From Promethearchaeum syntrophicum (lineage in GTDB: Archaea; Asgardarchaeota; Lokiarchaeia; Sigyniarchaeales; Promethearchaeaceae), in the NCBI RefSeq assembly GCF_008000775.2, contig NZ_CP042905.2, forward strand, positions 2,280,001-2,312,000: a stretch of 32,000 nt of DNA, written 5' to 3'. The number at the start of each line of letters is the position of its first letter. Position 1 is the first letter of the stretch. The notes below the pieces were generated by a model. It was not told the DNA's origin, ran no database searches, and saw only the letters and a list, made by a program, of their open reading frames with translations. This document shows, in pieces, positions 8,325 to 16,857 of the stretch. The position numbers were made by a program, and so were the translations under genes.

Positions 8325-11300
8325 TTATAAGAAGTCGTTTTTTTTTTTTATTTTTTTACTATAAATCATAATAAATCCGAACATAGATAATATTATAAAG
8401 AATGTGCTATAACCTGGAATACTATATATATCTACTTCTATTTTTATAGAATTTGAGAGAGTTTCTCCATTCATATTCTTTGCTACAACGATGAAATAAT
8501 ATGATCCATCAGAGTAATCAGAAATATTAAATGTTAAATCTGTAATTTCAGTAGCTAGTATAGTGAGACTACCATTTATTTCAGTAATTAGACCTGAAAA
8601 CTGGTATACGGAGTAATTTGTTGCAAAATTTGATGCACTCCATGATAATGTAAAATCTCCATCCTCATCAGGAGAATCTGCGTCAGATGATAACTTAAAT
8701 GTAGATGGTGGAATGGAAATAACAACCTTAAGGCAATTTGAGAGAGTCTCGCCATTTACATTTTGTGCTTCAACAACGAAATAATATGATCCATCAGAGT
8801 AATCAGCAATATCAAATATCAAATCTGGAATTCCAGAAGCTAGTGTAGTTAGACTTCCATTTATTTCAGTAATTGGACTTGAAAACTGGTATACCGAGTA
8901 ACTTACTGCAAAATTTGATGCACCCCATGATAATGTGAAATTACCATCGTTATCGGGAGAACCAGCATCTGAGGACAAACTAAATGGTTCCGGTGGATTT
9001 TGATTTGGGAAAAAGATTGAATATTCCGTTTCAGATCCATCCAATGTATCAATATAAGTATAATAGTGGGGATCTTTCCCAAGGTTCAATCCTGTAGTAT
9101 AATCAAATGTTTGAATGGGAATATTGAAATATTCATAATTAAAGATGATATCTCCCGTTTCATAGAGTACTACTTGAAAAGAACAGGTATCGAAAATGTT
9201 CTGATCTGCATCTGAATATTTCACATCTTTCCATTCAGCAACCCAACAATCACTAAAATTTCGGATATAGATGTTTCCTCCCAATTGTGGATAAATATCA
9301 TCCCAAAAAGGGGCAATCATATACTGATACGCAGGTTCATCAAGTGGAAAATTAAAATTTTGCCATTCATAAGGTGAAGTATCATTAAAACTGAGATAAC
9401 CATTGGAACTCACATAAACATCAAGAAAGGTTCCATCATAATAGGAAAATTCAAAGGGTAATTTAGTCTGATGGAAATCATCATCACCTAATAAAAGTTC
9501 TTCTCCGCCAGAAGCTTCTTTCCAAGAATAAAAATAATCATCTATCATAGTGTAATTTGTTACATCATATGTCCAAACAATAGATTCTATTTTATTACTG
9601 GACGGTATGCAATCTGTCATTAGAAGGGGTGATTCAGCTGTAATATTATATTTACCATACTCCATGGGTGTCCAAAGATAGCTACAATCCACTATATTTC
9701 CTATAGATAATAATGGAATGAGTGTTTGATTCACTAAGACATCATTAATATAAATATTCAGTTCTACATCAGCTTCCGCATTTAGACCCAAATTTTGCAT
9801 TGTTGCGTTTATCAAATAACTTGAAGAATACTGGGGATATTGAGGAGAATTCATTTCGACCCAAATTTCATGATCTATTGTCATAAAAGAATTAACTACA
9901 TATCCAGGTGTTTCTTTCGGAACGTTTATCGATTCTGCTGTGGTTTCAATTAAGGCTCCACTTTCATATCTTTCAATTAAGAATGAAGAAATTATCCCTG
10001 ATATGGATGAAGGACCGATATCTAAGAAGAATAATACATCATTATTAGCATTATAATAAGACATATAATTGGAAATATCAAATGCCATGAAATTTGGAAG
10101 TTGATAACTATCGTCATACTCATATGTAGGAGTATAAGAAGTTAACTCTGAACCATGAGGTCCAACCCCAATAGTAAAAATATCATCCATACGCATCGGA
10201 GCAACATCAAATTCCCAAGTAGCTACTAATTCTGGTTGATAATCAATTTCATCGGTAATTACGCATAATTGAAGAGCATAATCTCCGAGAGCATACCCGA
10301 TTTCAATTAAACAATCATAAGTAAGCCAATAGAATCCGTTATCACCCCAAAATGAACCCCAAGAATTTACTACTTTAAAGGCTCCAACATCTCCATCATC
10401 AGTAACACTATCATCGAAACCTACAATACATTGGGCATGATTAAGGTCTGGGGAATCATATTCAGATGAAGAAAGAATATAATTACCATCTGCAAACCCT
10501 GGTGTGTATCCATCTGCATGAAAGGTAAAGGTGACTGGTGTATCACTACCAATTAAAGTCTTTAGTGTATTAATTGTAAGGCTTGGATTAGCTTCATTGA
10601 AATCCAACAAATAATAATTATTAATTTTATGTAAAGGTGCTTCACGCCATGCAGCCTCATTCCCCCAGCTATAATAATCCAAATGATCATAAGGCATAGT
10701 ATTATAGGTTGCACATCCAAAATCTTTTAAAATTTGTGCATTGGATGATTGCCAAGAACCGTAATCCGTGGCAGATACCTTATTAAATGTCCAACCAGGA
10801 TTCAATAAATAGTTATAATTCCCTGAACTTGCATCCCAATTATTATCTTTAGCTTCTAAATAACCATACGCATAATATGTAGTGGCCCATGCAGAACAAG
10901 AACCTTGACTGCCTTGAGAGCTAACTATTGGAAAATACATCTGACTTGAAATATCATAGATTGCACCAGGTTGTGGTGTAGAAAATTGCGTATTTATATT
11001 TTTTATAATTTTTTTACCCATTAAACTTTCTATTTCATTTTGTGTTGGGGCAACAATTCCTGTCCCAAGTCCATCATACATCGTATTTCCTTCACTAAAT
11101 TGAATATTATCAATTTGAGATTTTGTTTTTTCAATAAATTCTTCTGAAATATAATCCATATCATATATATTGCCATTTATTGCACTAGAAAGACCATTAT
11201 ATGGCGCATTTTCTATCGTAGAAGTTGAATTATATATGAAATCTTTTGTAATAAAAATTGAAAAGACAAGAAAGGATAATAGAACTAAGATAGTCATCTT

Positions 11301-11384
11301 TCTGGTTATTTTTCTTCTCATAATAAAGACCTTGACTATTTGTGAGAATTGATCGTATTTAAGTTTTTGTCCTCTTTGCCACAA
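8325..11384 (-). CDS. Secreted, membrane-anchored papain-like (C1) cysteine peptidase with CARDB-like and two FN3-like domains and a C-terminal IPGY-TM-basic anchor
   Basis: 1019-aa ORF. Catalytic Cys context QGSQGSCSAWA, His context LNHAQCIVGFDD, Asn/Trp context VVNSWGSFWGDNGFYWLTYD. Signal anchor MTILVLLSFLVFSIFI. Two ~94-aa tandem Ig/FN3-like repeats near the C-terminus. C-terminal IPGYSTFFIILSMFGFIMIYSKKIKKK. The likely true start is the internal MRRKITRKM at ~11321. Confidence 0.9.
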   Translation of the reverse strand: MWQRGQKLKYDQFSQIVKVFIMRRKITRKMTILVLLSFLVFSIFITKDFIYNSTSTIENAPYNGLSSAINGNIYDMDYISEEFIEKTKSQIDNIQFSEGNTMYDGLGTGIVAPTQNEIESLMGKKIIKNINTQFSTPQPGAIYDISSQMYFPIVSSQGSQGSCSAWATTYYAYGYLEAKDNNWDASSGNYNYLLNPGWTFNKVSATDYGSWQSSNAQILKDFGCATYNTMPYDHLDYYSWGNEAAWREAPLHKINNYYLLDFNEANPSLTINTLKTLIGSDTPVTFTFHADGYTPGFADGNYILSSSEYDSPDLNHAQCIVGFDDSVTDDGDVGAFKVVNSWGSFWGDNGFYWLTYDCLIEIGYALGDYALQLCVITDEIDYQPELVATWEFDVAPMRMDDIFTIGVGPHGSELTSYTPTYEYDDSYQLPNFMAFDISNYMSYYNANNDVLFFLDIGPSSISGIISSFLIERYESGALIETTAESINVPKETPGYVVNSFMTIDHEIWVEMNSPQYPQYSSSYLINATMQNLGLNAEADVELNIYINDVLVNQTLIPLLSIGNIVDCSYLWTPMEYGKYNITAESPLLMTDCIPSSNKIESIVWTYDVTNYTMIDDYFYSWKEASGGEELLLGDDDFHQTKLPFEFSYYDGTFLDVYVSSNGYLSFNDTSPYEWQNFNFPLDEPAYQYMIAPFWDDIYPQLGGNIYIRNFSDCWVAEWKDVKYSDADQNIFDTCSFQVVLYETGDIIFNYEYFNIPIQTFDYTTGLNLGKDPHYYTYIDTLDGSETEYSIFFPNQNPPEPFSLSSDAGSPDNDGNFTLSWGASNFAVSYSVYQFSSPITEINGSLTTLASGIPDLIFDIADYSDGSYYFVVEAQNVNGETLSNCLKVVISIPPSTFKLSSDADSPDEDGDFTLSWSASNFATNYSVYQFSGLITEINGSLTILATEITDLTFNISDYSDGSYYFIVVAKNMNGETLSNSIKIEVDIYSIPGYSTFFIILSMFGFIMIYSKKIKKKNDFL
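8433..8996. repeat. Tandem ~280-bp coding duplication (two FN3/Ig-like modules) inside the peptidase gene
   Basis: Units 8433-8711 and 8712-8996 encode PPSTFKLSSDADSPDEDGDFTLSWSASNFATNYSVYQFSG... and PPEPFSLSSDAGSPDNDGNFTLSWGASNFAVSYSVYQFSS.... Long identical nucleotide runs occur, e.g. gaaataatatgatccatcagagtaatcag in both. Confidence 0.85.
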
Positions 11385-11541
11385 TTGAAAGAAATAATTG
11401 AAAGAATATTCAATATAAGGTCAAAATTGTTTAGATATATACACAGAAAACCGTTAAATAACTGAAATACCCACAATGAATGCAATAGCTAAAAAACTTT
11501 CTTTATGACCGAAATTCTTATACATCATCCTACCTCTGGTG

Positions 11542-11613
11542 AAATGAGTAAAAATGACCGAAATCGGCACATAAAAATAAATCAATTTATAAGAAAAAAA
11601 TGTAGATTATTTA
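11542..11613. repeat. Dispersed ~72-bp intergenic repeat A, copy 1
   Basis: aaatgagtaaaaatgaccgaaatcggcacataaaaataaatcaatttataagaaaaaaatgtagattattta matches 17778-17852 with a few substitutions/indels. It contains a tgaccga..tcgg core related to the 8271-8288 palindrome. Confidence 0.7.
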
Positions 11614-11730
11614 TAAAAAAATAATTCCCTACCTTCATTGAATCATCATCTTCTCTTGAAGGATGGGTGAGATCCTTAGAAATTCGTGAATCAGTTGTGC
11701 GCGCATTTGTCGTGATCTCATAAGTAGGAA
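11614..11730 (-). ncRNA. Candidate structured RNA, copy 2
   Basis: Same three helices as copy 1: CCUACU/GGUAGG, UGAGAUC/GAUCUCA, CCUUCA/UGAAGG. Followed by U7 on the minus strand (A7 at 11615-11621). The conserved upstream stretch extends to ~11783. The 64-aa ORF 11582..11776 covering it is judged non-coding. Confidence 0.45.
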
Positions 11731-11809
11731 AGAAAAAGATTGAATTAAAAAGCTTTATGATTTGATAAAGATTCAATTCAAAGATCTTAAACGCTCCAAT
11801 AATTGTTTT

Positions 11810-14077
11810 TTATTTTATATTTCTTGGTTTTTCTTGCTCACATTTTAAACAGAACGGATTATATGTAGTTGTATCATGTTTTTCTCCACACAAATGACAA
11901 TAACTACCTTTAACAAATTTGTTTCGATCTTTAGACCAGCAATTATAACATCGCACCTTATAACGAGAAAATGCAATTTTTTTTCCACATTCAATACAAT
12001 GTGCAGATTTATTCTCTTTTCTATTATCTAAATTTAATTCTTGAATCTTCTGGTTTTTCGATCGAATAATTTCTTCATTTTCATTAACGTTTTTTTTTAA
12101 TTTTTTATTTAAATCCTTAAGTTTAGAAATTTCAAGCAACTGTTGAGATAAAGATTGACTGTATTTTTCATTTTCTTCTTGAAGTTGGGTTTTTAAATTT
12201 GTAATGAATTCATCCCTTTGAGAAATCTCTTGCTTCAAGTTTTCTAATTTCTCAGAATATTGTATAATTTTTGTATTTTTTTCCTCTATGTTTTGAAGAA
12301 TATCAGAATTCTCATTTTTTATATTGCCAGAACGATTATTTATTTCATTAATTTCAATTTTGTATTTCTCAATTAATGAGTTACTAGTTTGGAGTTCAAA
12401 ATTGTATTGCGTTATAATTTTTTGTTGATTTTTGATAATATCCTGCAGTTCTTTTAATTTTTTATGAGAATCCATCATTTTTTCTTTTAATAAATGTCCT
12501 GAAATAATGAATTCTCCATCAATTTTGAAATTTATATTTTTCTTCCATTGAAATAGCTTTTCAAACAAAAAATCTTCTGATATTTCCATTTCTGAAGCAA
12601 TAAAATTCATTGAAAGATAATTACTTAAATTTAAGACATCATTGAATTTTTTTTCTTCATCAGTTAATTTAATTTCGATTATTTTTTCATCAATTTTATT
12701 CTCATTTATACTTGAATGAGTCTCTGTTTTAACTACTATATAATCTCCTTCTAAAAAAATTGGGAGCACTTTAATCCAATTTTTCAATTTTTCATTAAGG
12801 TCCTCATCCAAATAATTAAAATAAGATGCAATATTCTTTAATTGGATTTTGTAACTAATATTTAAGATACCTTTCAAATTATCATATTTTAATTTCTCTA
12901 ATAAATTCTTATACCACTCAGTTTTTCCATCTCTAAAAATTCTATTATGATAAGAAATATTTTCTTGAGCAATTTTAATTAATTCCTCTAGATCATTAAT
13001 TCTAGATAATGGGTTATTTGTAAGATTTAAAATTTTTAACTTTAAATGCCCCAATCCTTCAATTATAGAAATTTGATTATTTGATAAATCTAAAGAATCA
13101 AGACTTGAAAAGCTTGAAAATCCTTCGATTTTAGAAATTAGATTATTTGATAAATCTAAAGATATCAGGCTTGATTGGCTTGAAAAACCTTCAATTTTGG
13201 AAATTTGGTTTCCAGATATGTCTAATTTGATTAACTTTGAAGAATCTGAAAGTCCTTCAATTTTGGAAATTTGGTTATTTGATAAATTTAGAAAATTTAA
13301 ATTCACTAAACTAGAGATACCTTGTATCTTTGAAATTTGGTTATTATCAAGAAATAAATCACTAAGATTTTGTAAAGGGGAAAGATTCTCTATAGTTTCA
13401 ATTTTATTATTAGATAAATTTAAACTCTTTAAACTTTTTATTTTAGATAGGTTTCTGATAATAGTTATTTGATTATTTGATATATTCAGTGTTTCTAACC
13501 ATTTTAGATTAGATAAATTTTTTATTTCTAAGATTTTATTTCTTGATAAGTCTAATTCTATTAAATCTCGAAAAACTGCAATTCCTTCAATTTGTGTAAT
13601 TTTATTTCCAGAAAGATTCAATACCTCAATATCGGAAAATTTTTTATCAAAAAAAGCAAGAAATTCTTCAGTTTCACTTCTTTTTAACCATTTTATTATT
13701 TGATTTAAATTATTAATTGATTGATCAATTATTTTCAAATGAATCCCATTATATGTAGTAAATACTAATTTGAATAAAACTCCCTCAAATTTCTCCTCCA
13801 ATGTTCTACAGAATATGCAATATTCTTCATTACTAAAACCACCTTCACCGTCTTCATCCCCATCCCAGCATGATTCACAATAAATTTCATTACATTCTTC
13901 ACAAAAATGACTACAATCATCGCTTAGATTTTCACTACACAAATAAACACCACATTTTACACATTTTTGAATACAATAAATGCAAGATTCTTGTCCACAT
14001 TCACACATTTTAAAATCATCCATGTCAAAAAATTCTTCACATACAGGGCATTTTTTTTGTTTTGTCATTATAATCAT
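11810..14077 (-). CDS. Multi-zinc-finger, 22-residue LRR, coiled-coil, double zinc-ribbon protein
   Basis: 755-aa ORF. The N-terminal ~95 aa carry about 8 Cys pairs (CPVC, CEC, CIYC, CVKC, CEEC, CESC, CIFC). About 10 consecutive 22-aa repeats of the LxLSNNQISKIEGLSxLxxLxx type (SDS22-like spacing). Two ~60-aa wH-like modules. A long Lys/Glu/Asn/Gln-rich coiled coil (aa ~540-690). C-terminal CIECG...CYNCW...CHLCG...CLKC. Confidence 0.85.
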   Translation of the reverse strand: MIIMTKQKKCPVCEEFFDMDDFKMCECGQESCIYCIQKCVKCGVYLCSENLSDDCSHFCEECNEIYCESCWDGDEDGEGGFSNEEYCIFCRTLEEKFEGVLFKLVFTTYNGIHLKIIDQSINNLNQIIKWLKRSETEEFLAFFDKKFSDIEVLNLSGNKITQIEGIAVFRDLIELDLSRNKILEIKNLSNLKWLETLNISNNQITIIRNLSKIKSLKSLNLSNNKIETIENLSPLQNLSDLFLDNNQISKIQGISSLVNLNFLNLSNNQISKIEGLSDSSKLIKLDISGNQISKIEGFSSQSSLISLDLSNNLISKIEGFSSFSSLDSLDLSNNQISIIEGLGHLKLKILNLTNNPLSRINDLEELIKIAQENISYHNRIFRDGKTEWYKNLLEKLKYDNLKGILNISYKIQLKNIASYFNYLDEDLNEKLKNWIKVLPIFLEGDYIVVKTETHSSINENKIDEKIIEIKLTDEEKKFNDVLNLSNYLSMNFIASEMEISEDFLFEKLFQWKKNINFKIDGEFIISGHLLKEKMMDSHKKLKELQDIIKNQQKIITQYNFELQTSNSLIEKYKIEINEINNRSGNIKNENSDILQNIEEKNTKIIQYSEKLENLKQEISQRDEFITNLKTQLQEENEKYSQSLSQQLLEISKLKDLNKKLKKNVNENEEIIRSKNQKIQELNLDNRKENKSAHCIECGKKIAFSRYKVRCYNCWSKDRNKFVKGSYCHLCGEKHDTTTYNPFCLKCEQEKPRNIK
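12992..13630. repeat. 66-bp periodic coding repeats (LRR array)
   Basis: Recurrent nucleotide units such as ccttcaattttggaaatttggtt / ccttcgattttagaaattagatt recur with 66-bp spacing, in frame with the 22-aa LRR units. Confidence 0.8.
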
Positions 14078-14152
14078 CCAATTATTACGAATTTATTACT
14101 TATATCGAATTTCTGAATCAGAATCATTAGTTTGATTCAAATTTTAAATTTA

Positions 14153-15967
14153 TTAGAAATGTCTGTGAGGTTCAGTTATCCAATTCATTTTAAGTATATT
14201 ACAACCATTTAGTTCAAGATTCTCCATCCATCGTATTATTTTTTTGGAGTATGAACAGATTGGATTTTCATGTAAATATAATTCTTCTAGATTTGTTAGT
14301 TTCTCTATCGAATTGGGTAATGTGGTCAATTTATTATACATTAGATATAATTTTTTAAGTTTTTTTAATTTCCCAATCTTGTCAGGTAGATAAGCTAATT
14401 GGTTATAGCTTAGGATTAATATTTCGAGAGATTTTAAATTGCATATACTCTCTGGAAGAATGGTTAATTTATTGAAGGTTAAATGTAATTTCTTTAGAAA
14501 ATCTAAATTACCAATACTTTCAGGAAGATTTTTTATTCCCTTTTCAGGTAAAAGAAGTTGAGTTATATGATGCTCTTCAGCAATGAAACCATCATATTCG
14601 TATTCTTCGATATTATCTTCATCATTGTCAAGTTCATCATCATTATCATCATCAAGTTCATCATCTTCATTTTCTTTGTCTTCTTTTCTATGATCACCAT
14701 TATATATATTAGGAATTACTCCTATAAGCCCTTCCAATTCCATTAACACATCATATTCTTGTCGAATTAAAGAAACTCCATGATAATCGACTATATCATT
14801 ACAACATTCTTCCAATACTTCATCAACTATCGATTCTAGTTTCTTTTCATTTTTATACTCTATAAATTCACTAATATCAGGTTCATTGAATAAAATATTT
14901 TTTCCATGCTTTTTAATTAAATAATAAAGAATTTTAGCTTCGATCACTGAGTCTTCATAAGCCCTATTGGATTTATTTTTCCCATTCATGATTAAATCAA
15001 TACATTCTTGAACAGTTGGGTTCTTAATTTCGTGATTCTCTACAATTTGCCATTCTTCTTTTGCTAAAGCCATAATATCATTTGCTTTATGAAATTCAAA
15101 ACCCCGAACTTCTAAAAACCCAAAATCAAATTTTGAATTATATGCAGTAATATAATATTTATCAAATAATTCTTGTAAATCACCAGCAAACTCTTCAGGA
15201 TGAATTCCTTTTTCTTCAACTTCTTTAACGGTAAGCGTAGAATTATGAAATATCCAAGCCTTCTTATTTTGTTCTTTAAGTTTAAACTCACTTATTACAT
15301 TATCAAATTTCTTGGTTATATCACCATTTTTCAAATCTAATAAACAAATTCCTATCTCAACTATCAGGTCAGCATTTTTCGATAAACCCGTAGTTTCAAT
15401 GTCTATAATTAGAATTTCTTTCTTATCTAATATTTTAAAATTACTCAATTTTTTATCATTTTCATAAGCATCAACATCGCTTTGAATTTCATTACCTAAT
15501 TCCAATATTCTATTAAAAAAATCTACCTCGCAATCTTCATTTTCATCTTCAGGATCTTCAATAATTTCTAAGGGTTCTTTGATATGGTTTTTATTTAGTA
15601 AGTCAGATTTAATTGATTCAGATTCAGCTTGCATTTCAGAAACTAAATTCCAAATATTCAAAATGAGCTCACCAATAACATCTTCAGAAAGGTATTGTTT
15701 GTTTTTAGAATTCTTCTCACGATATTTTCCACCATTGATAAAATATGTTTTCCCTTTTTCAAATAATGGTTGTAAATCAGCCCTTTTTTGAGTATCGTGA
15801 GTATCTTGAAACATGGTTATTAATACAATAACATTGTTAAGTGTGAAATTTTCATTTTTAAACGCTTGAATTCGCGCTTTTGCTTTAGTAATATAGAGCT
15901 TTTTTGTTTTATTACTGAAATAGATTTGAGGTTCACTCTCGATCGTGATCTTAGTATATTCATGCAT
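14153..15967 (-). CDS. DEDD (DnaQ-like) 3'-5' exonuclease domain fused to a C-terminal LRR domain through an acidic linker
   Basis: 604-aa ORF. ExoI ILIIDIETTGL, ExoII ITAYNSKFDFGFLE, ExoIII-like SNRAYEDSVIEAKIL (Asn where DEDDh enzymes have His). Acidic run EDKENEDDELDDDNDDELDNDEDNIEEYEYD. Pre-LRR motif EYDVLMELEGLIG...GFIAEEHHITQLLL. About 4-5 LRRs of the LPESIGNLxxLKKLxLxxNKLTxLP type. Confidence 0.85.
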   Translation of the reverse strand: MHEYTKITIESEPQIYFSNKTKKLYITKAKARIQAFKNENFTLNNVIVLITMFQDTHDTQKRADLQPLFEKGKTYFINGGKYREKNSKNKQYLSEDVIGELILNIWNLVSEMQAESESIKSDLLNKNHIKEPLEIIEDPEDENEDCEVDFFNRILELGNEIQSDVDAYENDKKLSNFKILDKKEILIIDIETTGLSKNADLIVEIGICLLDLKNGDITKKFDNVISEFKLKEQNKKAWIFHNSTLTVKEVEEKGIHPEEFAGDLQELFDKYYITAYNSKFDFGFLEVRGFEFHKANDIMALAKEEWQIVENHEIKNPTVQECIDLIMNGKNKSNRAYEDSVIEAKILYYLIKKHGKNILFNEPDISEFIEYKNEKKLESIVDEVLEECCNDIVDYHGVSLIRQEYDVLMELEGLIGVIPNIYNGDHRKEDKENEDDELDDDNDDELDNDEDNIEEYEYDGFIAEEHHITQLLLPEKGIKNLPESIGNLDFLKKLHLTFNKLTILPESICNLKSLEILILSYNQLAYLPDKIGKLKKLKKLYLMYNKLTTLPNSIEKLTNLEELYLHENPICSYSKKIIRWMENLELNGCNILKMNWITEPHRHF

Positions 15968-16023
15968 ATTAAAGCCAGTTTTTGGATAAATAGTAAAATA
16001 ATGAAAGTGTAAATGAAAAAAAA

Positions 16024-16641
16024 TTAATGAACCTGCACCTTATGTTTTTTGTGCCAAAAATATGCTAAAATTATTGGTACAATCATTACTATTGCCATTT
16101 TTGGACTAAAAAACATATCTTCTGGATTTGTACCCATAAGGCTTTCAATCGACATCCAAATTAAAACACTAATGGAATAAAATAAAAACCACATTCCAAA
16201 AGTTTTCCAACCTAAATTATAATTTGGGTGATTTGGATTAGACGGATTGTTTAGATTATTTAATTCATTTGGGTTCTTGAGAAAATAAAGTTCTTTCTTA
16301 TATTTTGCCCTCATAATGAATAAATAGATCGCCACAGGATAAAAACAGAAAATAAAAAAGATCCCCGAATTTTTATAATCTTCAATCTTTTCTTCAAGCT
16401 CACGAATTCTTGGGTTCACTTTTTCATGAACAATTTGTAATTTTACCACATTATTCCCAGTATTTATTGTATTCAATATCGGTTGTATTTGTTGCGGTTG
16501 CTGGTATTGCGGTGATTGTTGGTATTGCAGTTGTTGTTGGTATTGTTGCTTCTGTTGTGGTTGTATTGGTAATTCAAACCCACAATATTCACAAAATTTT
16601 ACATTGTCATTAATGTCGCTTTTACATTCTGGACATATCAT
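16024..16641 (-). CDS. Zinc-ribbon, Gln-rich, multi-TM membrane protein
   Basis: 205-aa ORF. N-terminal CPECKSDINDNVKFCEYCG. Q-rich tract PQQKQQYQQQLQYQQSPQYQQPQQIQP. TM helices IFFIFCFYPVAIYLFI, FGMWFLFYSISVLIWM, MAIVMIVPIILAYFW. It ends 56 nt upstream of the exonuclease-LRR gene on the same strand. Confidence 0.7.
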   Translation of the reverse strand: MICPECKSDINDNVKFCEYCGFELPIQPQQKQQYQQQLQYQQSPQYQQPQQIQPILNTINTGNNVVKLQIVHEKVNPRIRELEEKIEDYKNSGIFFIFCFYPVAIYLFIMRAKYKKELYFLKNPNELNNLNNPSNPNHPNYNLGWKTFGMWFLFYSISVLIWMSIESLMGTNPEDMFFSPKMAIVMIVPIILAYFWHKKHKVQVH

Positions 16642-16857
16642 AAATTTCGCCTTTTTCTTCTTCTTATATTCTTTATTCGTTTAATACAAGGAGATTTATA
16701 TTCGATATATATTTAATTTGTAGTTTTAGAAAAATTCTAAGAAGAAAAACCGTTAGCTAAGAGAAGATTTTCATCGAACCTTATTTACAGTATTGGAAAT
16801 TGTTATTTTTAATTTCCATATAATAATAATTTAAATTAATAATATTTTTAAAATAGT

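Noticed and set aside
11582-11776. 64-aa minus-strand ORF (MNLYQIIKLF...) covering the conserved element, and 7480..7710 (plus strand) touching copy 1
   Set aside because: The reading frame is not preserved between the two copies of the element. The substitutions and the flanking divergence fit a nucleotide-level or RNA element, and the sequence folds into helices followed by a U-tract. 7480..7710 is mostly antisense to the TIGR04076 gene.
12992-13630. Regularly spaced direct repeats that might look like a CRISPR array. The 17951-19555 and 8433-8996 periodicities raise the same question.
   Set aside because: The period (66 bp, or 280/800 bp) is in frame with LRR, FN3 or beta-helix protein repeats. 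The 'spacers' are conserved too, and there are no cas genes and no leader. These are coding repeats, not CRISPR.
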